DNA of 64,000 bases, taken from NCBI GenBank assembly GCA_044892525.1, contig CM097885.1, positions 39,806,001 through 39,870,000 on the forward strand. The letters are read 5' to 3'. Positions within the stretch are counted from its first letter, which is position 1, and each line of letters starts with the position of its first letter. Under the pieces are notes generated by a model. That model searched no databases. It was not told the DNA's origin and saw nothing but the letters and a program-made list of their open reading frames with translations. Source of the stretch: Schmidtea polychroa (Eukaryota). Of this stretch, positions 1 through 13,019 are shown piece after piece. The position numbers and the translations under genes were made by a program.

Positions 1-1005
1 CTAAAATAACAACAATCGACGACTATTTATATGTTTTATAGATTATAAATAATGGCGACATATAGTCACCAATAGAGTGCACTGTACAATTAGCATTGTA
101 CACTATCACATCAAGTCTATGATTTTATGGGGTTGCTCGAGTTGGTCAGTTACTCCATGAGCGTTCGCGAATCCTACCCAATTACATTATGCTACTTGAA
201 TAAATTATTTATAATAGAAATTTAACAGATAATTAATAGTGATTTAGTGATCTTAGGGCCATGCTCTTTAGCCTTGTAGTACCCCGTTTTCTATAAAAAG
301 AAGAGTGTTATATTCGGCTCTCCTCACCAGACACTAATCTATCTGAGAAAGTTCATGGCGATGACGAGTATATTGTGTTTCCAGTTAAATACAAGTGAAT
401 GTATTTGGCCAGGCAGACTTGGTGGTATTACATTAGGTTTCTCTGAAACATTTAGTGCTATTGAATAAGAATTTCCTTTAATAATTTCTCTTAAAATATC
501 GTTGTCATTGAGAACTTTGTCAACTTTAGGATGTATTTCAATGTAGACCATATATTCAATTCTCAGATCATCTCTCTAAATTTTGTGAACCATCTTTGAT
601 ACTTACTAACATTTATGTCAACTGGTCTAAAAGCAGACGACAAATTTTTAGGTTACACTTGCATTGTTATTTTTTATACTCATAAATAGTACAATTTTAT
701 GAATATACTTTATCATCGGACGCTTCAACCCTATCGCTTCTAATGAGTTATATATGTCCCATGCTATTTTATAACAGATTTATATTATAACAAATTAATA
801 ATACTATTTAATAAATAAAACACGAATAAGAAGCTACGAATAAGTACTTATTTATAGCTTCCGATTTTAGTACACTTTTAATTACTATATTGCATTTAGT
901 TAAATACATTTCGTTTGAAAAGTATAGTGCATTTTTTGTAAGTATATCATATTATATTAGGACTTCCCTCCATTATATTTATATTGTTTTAATATATTCC
1001 GTAAA

Positions 1006-1130
1006 ATGGCGCGTTGATTTAAACTTAGTGAATACGAAAAAGGAAATATTCCAAAAAGAGAAAAGTAATACAAGTATTGCCAAAAAGTTAAACATATCAA
1101 GACATGCGATATCCAATTATTTGGATAATA
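1006..1130 (+). mobile_element. Tc1/mariner (Tc3-like) transposase N-terminal HTH fragment, degenerate
   Basis: ATG at 1006 reads MAR*FKLSEYEKGNI, then after a frameshift KSNTSIAKKLNISRHAISNYLDN, resembling the Tc3-type paired HTH. Truncated by a PLE-end fragment at ~1131. Confidence 0.6.
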
Positions 1131-1211
1131 AAACAATAAAATGATAAATTTAAGCCTTTTGCTGCAAATAATGTATTTAATGAAAAGATTTTCGACTATA
1201 AGATAGTCCTT
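1131..1211 (-). mobile_element. Short dispersed copy of Penelope-like element 3' end (partial hammerhead motif)
   Basis: Reverse complement (aaggactatcttatagtcgaaa...cattaaatacattatttgcagcaaaaggcttaaat) matches 20571-20650 and 52143-52216. Confidence 0.75.
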
Positions 1212-3008
1212 CTACTCCATCTTTCTGCTCTTCCCCTATGATCTCTAATACTATAGTTTCTTGGTTTCTGATTTATGTATTTAAATTTTGATCTTTTTGT
1301 TTATGCTCTGTATGTAACGCCTGCCATTTTATAATTCTATATTATTAATTTCGTTTAACTGCAATTCAAATGCTTTCAAAGTAACTACAATGTCAATGAA
1401 ATCTACAAATATATTTCTAATATCTATAATTTTGGTATTCATAATCTCTCTATCTACTGGAAAAACTCCATGTGCGTATCTTGAACTGCCAATAAATTTT
1501 CTAGTTTTCCTTTTCGTCATGGTGATTGAAGTTTCAAACATTTTACAATAACTAAATCTTCAATTAAAAAATAATTAAAAAATATTTAAAAAAAAATCAA
1601 TTCCTTTTTAAAGATTTTTGATCAATATTTTGTTTTATATTAAACACGACTTTTAGACAATTAGACTATTTAAAATAAATCGTTGGTAAAGAATATAAGG
1701 GATTATATTCTTATTTTGATTATAAATAATTATTTTAATAATAACAATAAATAAATATTCTTTACATATAATCTTTATAAATATTTTCAAAAAAATATAC
1801 AAATGCAAAATTGCACAGGGGCTTAATTTTACTGTTGTCATTTTACTTCGTTTTAATAATATTAAAAACTTTTAAATTAAATTTCATTAAAATTTACAAA
1901 AACATAAACTACATGTTTTATTTTATGGTCAACGCTATATATTTTATCATAATTTTTAGTTGTCTAAAAAATTTCTGTATTTTTAGAAAACGGCAGAAGA
2001 GACTCACGATGATCTTTAAAAGGATCTCATAAACAATTTTGTCATTATTTAATTGTTTGAATTATTCGTTTAAATAAATCTTAAATTTCGACTTATCTTG
2101 CTGTAATTATAGTTAAGCCCGGTTCAGTAATTATAAAAATAATATTTGATCTATGTCCTTACATTGCCGCCTGAGTGTCTAGGATTTATAGATAAAATAA
2201 TATTTATTTTCAGAAAAATAATTTATTGTTTTTAAGAAATTTATATAGTTATAAACTTTATATATTAAATAATATATAGTATAGAGTAATTTCCTACATA
2301 AAGTTGCTTCCGGAAAACATTTGACTGTTGAAAACGAACTACAATGAACTGTCATCCAACAGGATATGTGATAATAAATTTCTGGCACCGTTTAAAATCT
2401 GCTAAAATTTTAAATAATGTAAAATATTGTTTAAATAATTCGTGAATTCTAAATAAAATTTGGCTATTTTGGTTCACGAGTTCGGGTTTTTTAAAGTTGA
2501 AACGTGGTGACTTATCAATTTAAATTATTTTTCAGGCAATTTTTCTAAACAAATCCAAATAAATGTTAGGTTCGATGCGGTACTCGATCTAGCACATATA
2601 AAGTTTGACTCCACTGATATTAATAGGTTGCGCGTATGATATATGTTTATTAAATAAATAAATAACGATATGGTTTTTGCAAATATTTATTTTAAACTAA
2701 ATAAATTACAAAACTTGTTAAATATTAAAAAAACACTGGCTGCGCTTAAAGTTCAGAAAATGGTTATTCAAACCGCCCTAAAGATTACTTCTAAGAATGA
2801 AGGCTGACCCTAAATGTGCCAACAGTCAGATATAGGTGCAAATAAAAAGATGAGGGTGATTCCCAAGATTTTAAGCGTAATAGTCTTAATCCAAGAAAAG
2901 GATAAGACTTTAATTTATACCCAAAAACGATACAGCCACAAAAGTGTATGCTGATGCTGAGTTCCCGAATATTTAGAAAAGTCAATTAAAAGTTTAACGA
3001 ATTCAATT

Positions 3009-4528
3009 TGTTGAGGTTTTAAAAGTAAATTATTAAATTATATAGTTCAGATTAAAAGGAAAGTCGAAATTGAATTGCGGTCAAGCAGAGAAGCAATGGC
3101 AAAGAAAGATATGATAAAAATAGAACTACAAAAGGGTACAATAAGACATAAAATGGGAAAATGCACAAACCTGAGGAAGTGGAATAAAGTGAAAAGTTAT
3201 CGAAATTGAAGCTGGAAAACGGGAGAGGGGTAGATTAGGGGATGGTGAAGAAGACAGTGAGCAAGAAATGGTTAGAAAATGTGTAGAAAGGGTCGTAAAA
3301 CAGACAGATGTGGAAAAACGTAAAATATTAATTAATTAATTAATTGGCTAATGAGAAACCCGAGCTAATGGAGAACCCGAGCGATGAAGAAAACCCGAGC
3401 ACGGCAATTTGGAAGGGTAAACAAACAAGGAATTCGAGGGCAATTATCCAAACAACCGGATAAACGAGGGTAAACAAATGAAGGGGAATTACGAAGAGGG
3501 TCAACAGAAATAGCCAATTAGGGAATGAAAACTAAAGAAGTCAAAACCAATTAGGTCAAAAATGGGGCAATTACAACGATTATGGGAGTATATAAGGAAA
3601 CTCAACATTCACATTATCGGCGGTAGCCTGTAGGGAAGAAGAAATAGACGCTAGGATTTCGAGGAATAAAATAAAAGAAGAAAGGAATTATAAGAGGAAT
3701 CTAGGAGTTGGAAAGGAATATTAAGAGTTCGAATCAGAGAGCGGAATCAAACAAAAAGGTGAAACTTAATTTTAAATCGTACAAGGTTGAGACCTTCAGA
3801 GCGGAGTCCTATCTGAAATTGTGTGAAAATTGTGATTAACCAACAGTGTGATTAATTGTCGAGAGTTGTGAATTGTTATAAAACAAATATACGTTGGGAG
3901 TTTGTGTTTATTGATTTTGGAACACGTGGAGTCAGAGTAACCAACGGTTGATTTTGATATCATAAAACCCAACAAATTGAATGATCTCTTCACTAACGAA
4001 TTTCTCCGGTGCAATTAATTTCCAATCAACAACTATAAGAAAACCCAAAATAGGTTGATTATAGCAGAAAAATGATTTCCAAAGTTAAATTCCGATAATA
4101 TGTTCAATCAATATCGATTACTAGACAGTTGTTTAGTTTTGAGTATACCACAACTAGTATCTGGTTTATTGTGAGGCTTCTCGTTAAATTAAAATCTAAA
4201 TTTATCTAATTTCAGTGTCGGTTTATTGTCTTAATGTCGTTTTTGTTCAAATTTGTATTACTATTTATATTAATTTAAAGTTAATAATTCTATTTATAGT
4301 AATTATTTAATTACTAAATATGTATACCTATTTAATAAAATACTATTTTTGTTTAATTTCTAAATGTAGTTATTTTTAATTACTATTTTTTACTCTAATT
4401 TTTATTATAGTAATTGTTGACGATCTATTTCTATTTTAAGTAATTATTAAATACTAATAATAATTAATTTTATTTAATTCAAAGACTTTCCTAATATATT
4501 TAATTCCGGCTCGTACCGAACCCCAACA
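3009..4528 (+). mobile_element. Solo-LTR-like unit (~1.5 kb) of an LTR retrotransposon
   Basis: Begins TGTTGAGGTT and ends AACCCCAACA (TG..CA, 9/10 terminal inverted match). Three aacccgagc repeats at ~3356-3400 and a TATA-like motif at ~3590. The first ~450 bp recur at 23652, starting at the same TG. No clean TSD; orientation inferred. Confidence 0.7.
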
Positions 4529-5180
4529 TAAAGACAGATGAAAACAAAAATTTTGATTCACTTCAAAATTTTTTCTCAATTGCAAGTCTGAAAAATATGT
4601 TGAAATAATTATAAATTTTTTCTTTTTAACAACTGTTTATGCGGCACAAGGACACTTGAGAGGGTCTCCTTTAGTTTCATACTTGTGAGGCGTGAGTAAT
4701 ATTATTTAAAAATTGATTAAAATAAATTGATTTTAAGAAAATTGAGATTATAAAATTTGGATTTTATCCATATGAATTTTTGGATTTAATTTTAAATCTA
4801 ATTTTATATATTGTAGAGACTTACAATTAATTTGAACAAAGAATTTATTGTAATTAACATTGTTGAAGATCTTGAACATCATCAGAGGTATCATTGTGAA
4901 TAAGATGAAGGTTTCTGTTTCCTGTATTTCTGACATATCTGATTCATTGATTTTGACTCGATTTGATGATTCTTCAACTTCTTCAACTTGTTCGACTTCA
5001 GTGACAACTTCAGTTACTTCGTTAGAAATGTTTGAATTTTATGATTTTTTAAATTGAATTTGATGATGATTTTCGAAAAAAGTTAAAAGTAAAGGATTAT
5101 TTAAACAATCGTTTTTAATTTTTTATTTTAATTTAATTAATTTAATAATACATTTTAAGTTCAATTATTAAATTGATAAA

Positions 5181-8100
5181 TGTGCTAGTCAGAGGCACTA
5201 CAATAGCCCCCGCCGAAGTACGCGCAACGTATCAAAAGATAAAGACGGCGATAATGATGGAAGCAGTCACTGAAGATCATAATCTGAGAGATATTGAGGG
5301 GGTTTACGTGTTCACCTGGAGGGGAATGGCGGATTTTTTTGAAGGGGTTAAACATTTGGTGTGTCTGGTGGTGTTGTAGGTTGTCCCGTGTCTTCTAATA
5401 TGTCTTCGTTTATGTTAAAGTCTTTTGTGATATGGTTGTTTGGGATTTGGTCGTATTCAAGGGTGCAAAAGGCTGGTTTTAATCTGAAAAGGTTGATCAT
5501 GACGTGGTTGATGTCAATATCGAGTTTCGCTGTATTTTTGTACAGCTCTATGATGCGAAACGGATCTTTGAATCTTGGTTTGAGGTTTGAAGAATCGATA
5601 GTTTTCATCCATGTGTGAGTTGCTGAGAAAAGGGACTGTGGTATATATGGTTTGTACGATGTGGAATGTGTGAACGACGGATTAGTATCTAAGCTCAAAA
5701 AATGTTTTCGTGTTAGATTGATCTCGTCTAATGGTGAGTCATTGTAAAGATCGATAAATTCTTTGGGCATGAAAGTGTTAAATTCAAACAAAAGTTGTGA
5801 AGGAAACACGCCGCTTGAACGATTGAGTGTGTTGTGCCATCCTAGTAAAACAAATGGTAACGCTTTGACCCATGAAGTTGAAGTTGAGAGTTTTCTGAGA
5901 GATGCTTTCAAAGTCCGATGAGCGCGTTCGACGAGACCGTTTGTTTGCGTATGGTAAGAGCTGGTTCTTAAGTGATTTATGCCGAGGCTGGATGTAAGAT
6001 GTTCAAAAAGATCCGATTCAAATTGTGCACCTTGGTCAGTGATGATAGAGGTTGGAATTCCATAACGTGAAAACCAGGTGGATACTAAAGCTTGTGCGAC
6101 CGTGTGAGCGGTGATGTCAAGGCCTCAAACCATTGTGCTTTCCGATCAATCATTGTCAGGATGTAACAAGATCCGTCGTCTGTTGTTAGTTTACCGACAA
6201 TGTCAATGTGAAGTGTGTTGAATCTCGAATCCGGCGATATTTGATGCATCTATTGTGAGAGTGAATGGGAGGTCATGACTCGGGTAGTGAAGAGTTGTAA
6301 TCTTGGATAGAGCGTCTTTGACTGTGTTGAATGCGTCGCGTGTTTTGGCGGACCAGTTAATAGTGGAGTTTTTCTTTCCTTTGTTCACTGCTGAAAGAGG
6401 TGCCGTTTTTTATGATGTGTTTTTTATGAATCTGTGACAGAAATTGACGATGCCCAAAAAGCTACGTAGTTATGTTACGGTGGCGGGTACTGAAAAGCTG
6501 CGGATTACGTCAAGTCGTTCAGGAAAAGGTATGTGAAAGTATGTGACCAAGGAATCTGAGGCGTTTTTGAAAGAAATTGCATTTATTTACATTGATCTGT
6601 AAGTTATAACGGTTCAATATGTCAAGAACAGTGTGTAGATCTTTGTTGTGGGTGTCGCGGTCGGGTGATGCTACGATTATATCGTCGAGGTATGCAAAAG
6701 TATGGTGTACGTCCCGGAAAATTGTGTCCATAAAGCGTTGTAAAGACTGAGCTGCATTCCTTAGGCCGAAAGGCGAGAACATGTATTCGAAATTTCCAAA
6801 TGGTGTGGTTACAGCGGTTTTGGGAACGTCGTCGATATGTACAGGAAACTGATGGTAGGCTTTCGAGAGGTCAATAGTTGAAAATATGTTGGATTGTGAA
6901 AACCGGGCTATTAAATCTTTGATAAGTGGCATCGGGTATGCCTCGTGAACGGTCACTTGATTGAGTTGACGGTAGTCGCTGCACGGCCTGAGTGAACCGT
7001 CTTTCTTGGTGACTACGTGTATTGGTGACGCCCATAGAGATGAAGAACGGCGTATAATGCCTGCATTCTCTTGACTGGAGAATTCGGCTTTAACTGCGTC
7101 GAGTTTGATGGGTGGGAGGGGTCTGGCTTGGTTTTATTGTGGTATGCACGGTAATGTCGGAATATAATGAGTCGATCGAGTTGTAGGTGGTATGATAGGG
7201 GATTTTGTGATGAGGTTTGGGTATGTGGTTAAGATTGTCTCGATTATGTCGTGCATTGGCTCTGAATTAGGTGAGTGTTGGATATCTGACATGTGTTTAT
7301 TACGTTCTATCGTGTCAGTAGATTGGATAAGGCTGAGTTGGGTCGTTGGAGATGTCTGTGTAGAGATTGATGTTCTGTTTGGTGATACATTTGTGAATAT
7401 AGAATTGAGATGTCTGTTTATAGTGAATAGTCGTCGATTTTTGCAGTCTATCACGAGGGATTGTTTGCTGAGGAAATCGGAACCTAGTATTGGATGAATT
7501 GTGTCTGCTATATCGAAAATGATGATCTGGAGTCGACGAGGAAGTGAATTGATGAGCTGAAATTGAAAGTTGCTTCAACTGTAAAGATGTTGTTGATCGC
7601 AAAGGCACTGCCTGAAAATCCAGGGTTTACATACGGTGAAGTTAGTTTTTTTAGGGGGATTGGAGTAGTTTTGTCGTATTGTGGTTTGTTTGAGTGACGA
7701 TTCACAAAAGTACAGCCTGGAAGGCATTTCTGTGCATGTAACTCGAAGAGATTGTGGTAAATGCATTGGAATAACTCTTAAGGTTAACGGGGGATTTGGC
7801 CAAGAACATCCTATGTGACATGTTCTAGCGTCCGATGAAATCTTTTTGTGAAAAAAACAAGTCAGAGATGGAATTTGTCGAAATATGGAATTTATCGAGG
7901 GGGTTAGTTAACGTGGCGACAGTTCTTGTCAAGGAGGATATCTGTTCTTGAAGCGATGTGTCGGATACGGATGAGATGGATATGGGTGTGTTACGAATAA
8001 GTGGTCTGGTGATCAGTTTATCAGCGATTTTTGCCAGGTGGAAAGAATCGTCTGAATTGACGGCGAGTAGAGAGGTTTGGACGTGATGTGGGAGCGCTGT

Positions 8101-8485
8101 TAAAAAATAATGGAATATGATAGCTGTGTTCTTTGATAGACCGATATGAGAGTTTTCTAGTTCTCGTACGAGTTGGGATAAAAATGATGATGGTGCTTGG
8201 CCTGCGTATGGAGTGCGTTTTGATAGTTTCTCAATTTATGAAGTGGTTGTAGGTGAGTATTTCTTATGTATCGCTGTTTTGATGGACTCGTAAGGGTTTT
8301 CGAAGTATAATGCGTCAGCAATTTGTGAACCTAATTCTGACATTAGTTCGCCAGGTATCGCGTCTAACAAGAGGTCTTGTCTAGATTTGGGGTTGGCCTT
8401 TGTGCGCGACTCAAAAATGCGAAACCAAGATGATGGGGTGCCGTCTGAGTCTAAAAATATTAATTGGGTGTGGATGAATGATGTT
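5181..8485 (-). mobile_element. Ty3/Gypsy LTR retrotransposon internal region (gag-PR-RT-partial RNaseH-IN), degenerate
   Basis: Minus strand: gag (WFRIFESR...LAKIADKL, Cys/His knuckle ~7800-7860), protease (HFLVDSRSSFS, 7508-7560), RT (FSTIDLSKAYHQ, PFGLRNA, YLDD; 6519-7130), RNaseH start (LTIDASN), integrase (HIDIVG, ITDQGAQFES, NGLVERAHRTLK; 5348-6230). G-rich PPT-like tract at 5205-5214 followed by TG at 5202. Multiple stops and frameshifts. Confidence 0.95.
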
Positions 8486-8976
8486 CAATGTTTTTAATTA
8501 TAATTAAAAATATATCTGACTCACATTTTATCGAAATAATTTCAAAATAATTAAAAATAAATGTCATAAAATTCCTAAAAATTAGTTAAAAATAATTTAT
8601 AATTATACTGTCGATTAAAAGTAATATTTAAGAACTTGAATAATGATCTCATATCTATATGGATTAAAATTCAAGCCTTAAAATTTACTTAAAATTAAAC
8701 ATTTTACCTGAAAGCCATTTCTAAAATGGCTAAAATAAATTGCATGATGAGCAATTCATACGTAAATAAAATTCATTAAATTGGTGAGTAGGTAATTGCT
8801 GTACAAGCCAACCACCACTATAGAAAATGTATCTTAGTGGTGTTTGGTGTATAATAAATTTTAAGATGTTGATTTATAGCCAAAATATCCTATTTAATCA
8901 AAGATTTTGATAAAATTAACTATGAAATTCATATAAAATCAAAAGTTTTATTCTGAATATCTGCAAAAAATGAAAA

Positions 8977-9745
8977 TTAATTTTTCGAGTAATCAGCTAT
9001 AGAATTTTTAGTTGTTGATGCTCTACATTGGATTGAATCCACTGGATTTTTGTAGTTTGGGATATAAGTGCTAAGACAACTTCTTAGGCTGTATTCCAAA
9101 TGGTCGACTGTTAATGTTGCTCGGTACTTTGACTGTATAATTTTCATATGTGAAAAAGCAGACTCACATGAATAAGTTGAACAAAAAAATGAAACTAAAT
9201 TTCCGAAGCATTTTATCAAGTTTGAATGTTTATCCTCTGATAGATATCTCCATAGATTTTGTTAGGATGATCTTGATTTAATGAAGATATCATTTTGAAG
9301 TGTGACTATTTCTGTCTCAAGTACAAGGATGTCCATTTTAAACCAAGTTGAAATTGAATCTGCAACAATTTGCTTATTTTGATTAAACGGAAACGACATA
9401 AATGCAGCCACAATTTCAAGTTTTTTGAAGTCCTGAAAACGTCTCTCAAACTCTAAAACCAAACTTTGATATGTTCCCGATATCTAGTAATATTAAATTT
9501 TACTTTTTTTGATTCTTTTAATTGTGACAACATATTTGGAAAATAAGTTAGATTTTTGTCCTTTATTTCGGTAATAAGTAAATAAGGTTTCTGTATTGTC
9601 ATATCGAATATCAATTTATCCTTACCTTGTAAGTCGAGATTTAATTCATTCAGCATTACTGTAATATCATCTAAAAATGCCAAATCCAATAGCCAAACAT
9701 CATCTTCCAATTGCTTGATCTCATCACCTCTTGCGGCAAAAAATG
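8977..9745 (-). mobile_element. hAT transposase C-terminal remnant (SPIN/GTF2IRD2-like)
   Basis: Frameshifted ORFs with WLLDLAFLDDITVMLNELNLDLQGK, EFERRFQDF and FCSTYSCESAFSHMKIIQSKYRATLT (hAT dimerisation domain). Confidence 0.9.
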
Positions 9746-11039
9746 AAAATTTTCAACTATGAAATAATCCTCAAAATAGTCAAAAATTCTCACCTTTGTT
9801 TTTATTAAACTTCAAACTTTTTTACGAATTATTTTATTTTGATAAAATTACACTTAATTTTATTCTGGAAATAAACCCAAAATTTAATTCTGTGCAACAC
9901 AAATTTTTTATCTTTTGTTACGATGAAAATAAATGAAATATCATCAATAAAGAAAATAGATACCAAATAAATAAAAGATTTTACTGCTAATTATTTTATC
10001 CTGATTATTAATAACTTAGAATAAAGATTAAATAATAACTAAGAATAAAATAGTTATTAAAACTTCAAATTTTATTTAAATACAATTAACACGAAATCTG
10101 CTAAACTAGTGTTAAAACAACTTATTAACTTGAAGAGTAATTGATAATAATTAAATGCAGAATAAATAATAATGTTGAAGTCTTAAATGTTTTATAATTT
10201 AATGTTTTTAGTAATCTTCAAATAAATATATTTTTTATATTCCACAATTGTTATAATAAACGACATTTAGATAACAAAAAAATATTTAAATTTCTTTTTC
10301 AAAATTACATCATAAATAATTCGAAACACGACAAAAAAGCAAATCCAACCAATCTATTAATCTGTTCGTCAGACATACGTAAGACTCAAATTTTCTATTC
10401 TAACAATTAAAACAAAAACAAAAATTCTAATTATTTTTTTCACATTCAATTCAACTCAGTAAAACAAAAAAAACAACTTTACAAAATTGAAAAACATTTC
10501 TTCATCAGTTAAAACGTATTTTCAAAAAATAAAAAAAAATAAATAAATTAACTTTGCTGCAATAAACAAAGAACTGGATAAAAACAAACTCTCATTGCTT
10601 CGTCAGAATATTTAATTGATATTATTTATCCTTATGTTCCAATTCCTAAACGAGGCAGTTAGTAGATAACCGGAAAAAATCCCCCCCTTAAACAGAGAAG
10701 AGTATGGTGATATTTTTTCATGTACATCTCAAAAACAAATCAGATAAAAAACAGCAAAACTATTCGCTATCTAATGGCCTAATATTTCAATTGTGGTTGC
10801 GTTTCATTTTATCCACATTGACAGTGACCATAGTTACTGTTATTATTAGAAAAGTTATCTGAGACAACATATTTAGAGAAAAATGTCAAAGAAAATTCTC
10901 CTAGTGTTATTACGACAATTTCCCTTTGATTTGAAAAAAAATATAGAGAAAAAAAATTGATTATTTGATTTGCTTAATATTATTGAAAAAGGTCACGTTT
11001 TATTTTTGCACCAGTTATTAAACTCGCAGAGCAAATAAT

Positions 11040-11216
11040 TTGTTGATTCGCTCTCGCGGTTTCCTGCGGTAAAAGTTATCGTGTAACATATTTGTCAACA
11101 ATATACAGATTGAAAATTTAGTGCTTCGTCAATTATCAGCCGTCCGAAAATAGAATCATTTGTTGATTTATACATATATTTTTGAGAGAATTTTTCAAAT
11201 CATTGAAGTGGTAAGT
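11040..11216 (+). promoter_or_regulatory. Candidate non-coding first exon with strong splice donor
   Basis: Locally CpG-richer, apparently unique sequence ending in GAAGTG|GTAAGT (donor at 11211). No ORF. The 5' boundary is a guess. Confidence 0.35.
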
Positions 11217-11236
11217 CAGTTTTTTTAATTAGTTTA

Positions 11237-11329
<93 letters not shown>

Positions 11330-11338
11330 ATTATAATA

Positions 11339-11421
<83 letters not shown>
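11237..11421. repeat. (TAT)n/(AAT)n microsatellite
   Basis: Direct reading; a few interruptions. Confidence 0.98.
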
Positions 11422-12044
11422 GAATATTTTTTAATTATTATAATTAGATATTAATTTATTAATTTTTCTTGATTGTTTTTATTTGTTGAATTAAATTTTA
11501 ATTAACTTTTTTAAATTGTAAATTGCGAGCGTTTTGATTGGATAATATTAAAAAGATTAAATATTTTGTTTAAATTAATCAAATTTGTTTCTGTCAATTA
11601 CATTAATTTCGATTTCAAGGAAAGTTTTGAAATAAAGATATGATTTAAATAGAAAATATTTAATTAATTTGCGATTTATTAATTTAACTTGTGTTCGTAT
11701 AAAAATAATTTTTAATTATATAGGATTTCTTATTATATCGGTTAAAATGTAAATTGTATATTCTTGAAAATTAAACTTAAAATAATATTTTTAGCCATAT
11801 ATTTAATGATGTTTAAAAAGTTTTCTTCACTAAACTGTTTTATTTAGATTTAAATGTAAAATAGTGTATATGAAAATTCTTATCTTTTTTTAGTTTTATC
11901 GTCTCTTTATCAATTTCTTTCTCTTCATTTTTATAGGACAATGTATTAATAAATTCTAATTATATATAACCTTTCCAAATAGTATTTATCAAATGTTATC
12001 AGACAGCACTTGATAATGGTTGTGCCGAAATTGTTGATCTATAG

Positions 12045-12720
12045 CAGTAGTAGTAGACAACCTTTTTTACGTGACCATATCTTAATGCAAATTATAAAAT
12101 TTTCAAGGCACCCTTCACTTATTTCATTTAAATGTCTCATTGTGAGGTTATAAAAAGACCAACTTGGGGCATTTTGGCCTCAAACTTGCGACTCATTTAA
12201 CTATTTTAAACAAGAAAATTTATTAAATCTTAATTTACAATTTGGAATCTTGTTTACTCGATGGGCCAAAACTGAACAAAATGAAAAATAACTCACTGAG
12301 CCATTGTGATTTTTGGAATATAAAGAAATGACAAATTTCTTCATTATTTAAAGCTTTTACTTAAAACCAAATTGAGATATCTGATTCAAATATATAAATT
12401 CCAATCGTCAAGATTTATTCAAAAAATATAAGACGATATAAATTGAAAATAATTTTTATTCTACACTGCTAAATCTTTTATATTCTTCTTTTCTTACCTC
12501 ACCATAACAGATTCTTCTGTCATAAACGGTCGGAATCACCTAACTCCAAAAAGGAAGATCAAATTATCTTTGAAGCATTATCAACTCAAAAAAGTTTCTG
12601 AATTGTATTTTTGTGAACAAACGTTTGCTAAAATGAATTTAATGAAAAAGCAAGTAAGAAGTCAGTTGGGTGATGTTAGCTTGGAAAGTTGTATAAAATA
12701 AAATTTCAGTGAACCTTCCA
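12045..12720 (+). mobile_element. hAT (SPIN/Buster-like) deletion remnant
   Basis: Terminus-like cagtagtagtagacaacctttt at 12045. 12603-12701 reads LYFCEQTFAKMNLMKKQVRSQLGDVSLESCIK*, a hAT C-terminal motif. Confidence 0.7.
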
Positions 12721-13019
12721 AAATTGTCGAGCAATGCAAACGCGAATTTTTATTAATAAATTTAAAAAAACTCTTTTTTATTTTAATCTTTTAAATGTAA
12801 TTTTTAATGAATCGTAATTAATTTTTTTTAGTTTTATTATTTTCATTTGTGTTCCTTTTTGTTTTGTTTATTTGCATCAATTTTTAATATATATATAAAT
12901 ATTGATAAAGTTAAATAAAGTAAATGTTGTTCTCCATTGCTAGATCTAAGAATTTATTAAAATAACATTTTTCTTTACATGTATATTATGCTGATTGAGT
13001 TTGAATTCGGCAACTGATG

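Noticed and set aside
1..600. Possible LTR/PBS (TGGTGAC on minus ~65-71; purine tract + TG at ~306) and 70-aa ORF 339-551
   Set aside because: The orientation cues conflict, the region is cut by the window edge, and no recognisable domain is present. Probably TE-derived, but not supportable.
4850..5060. Acidic coding-like stretch on the minus strand (EVTEVVTEVEQVEEVEESS)
   Set aside because: No clear start, splice sites or family motif. It may be a TE fragment, so I left it uncalled.
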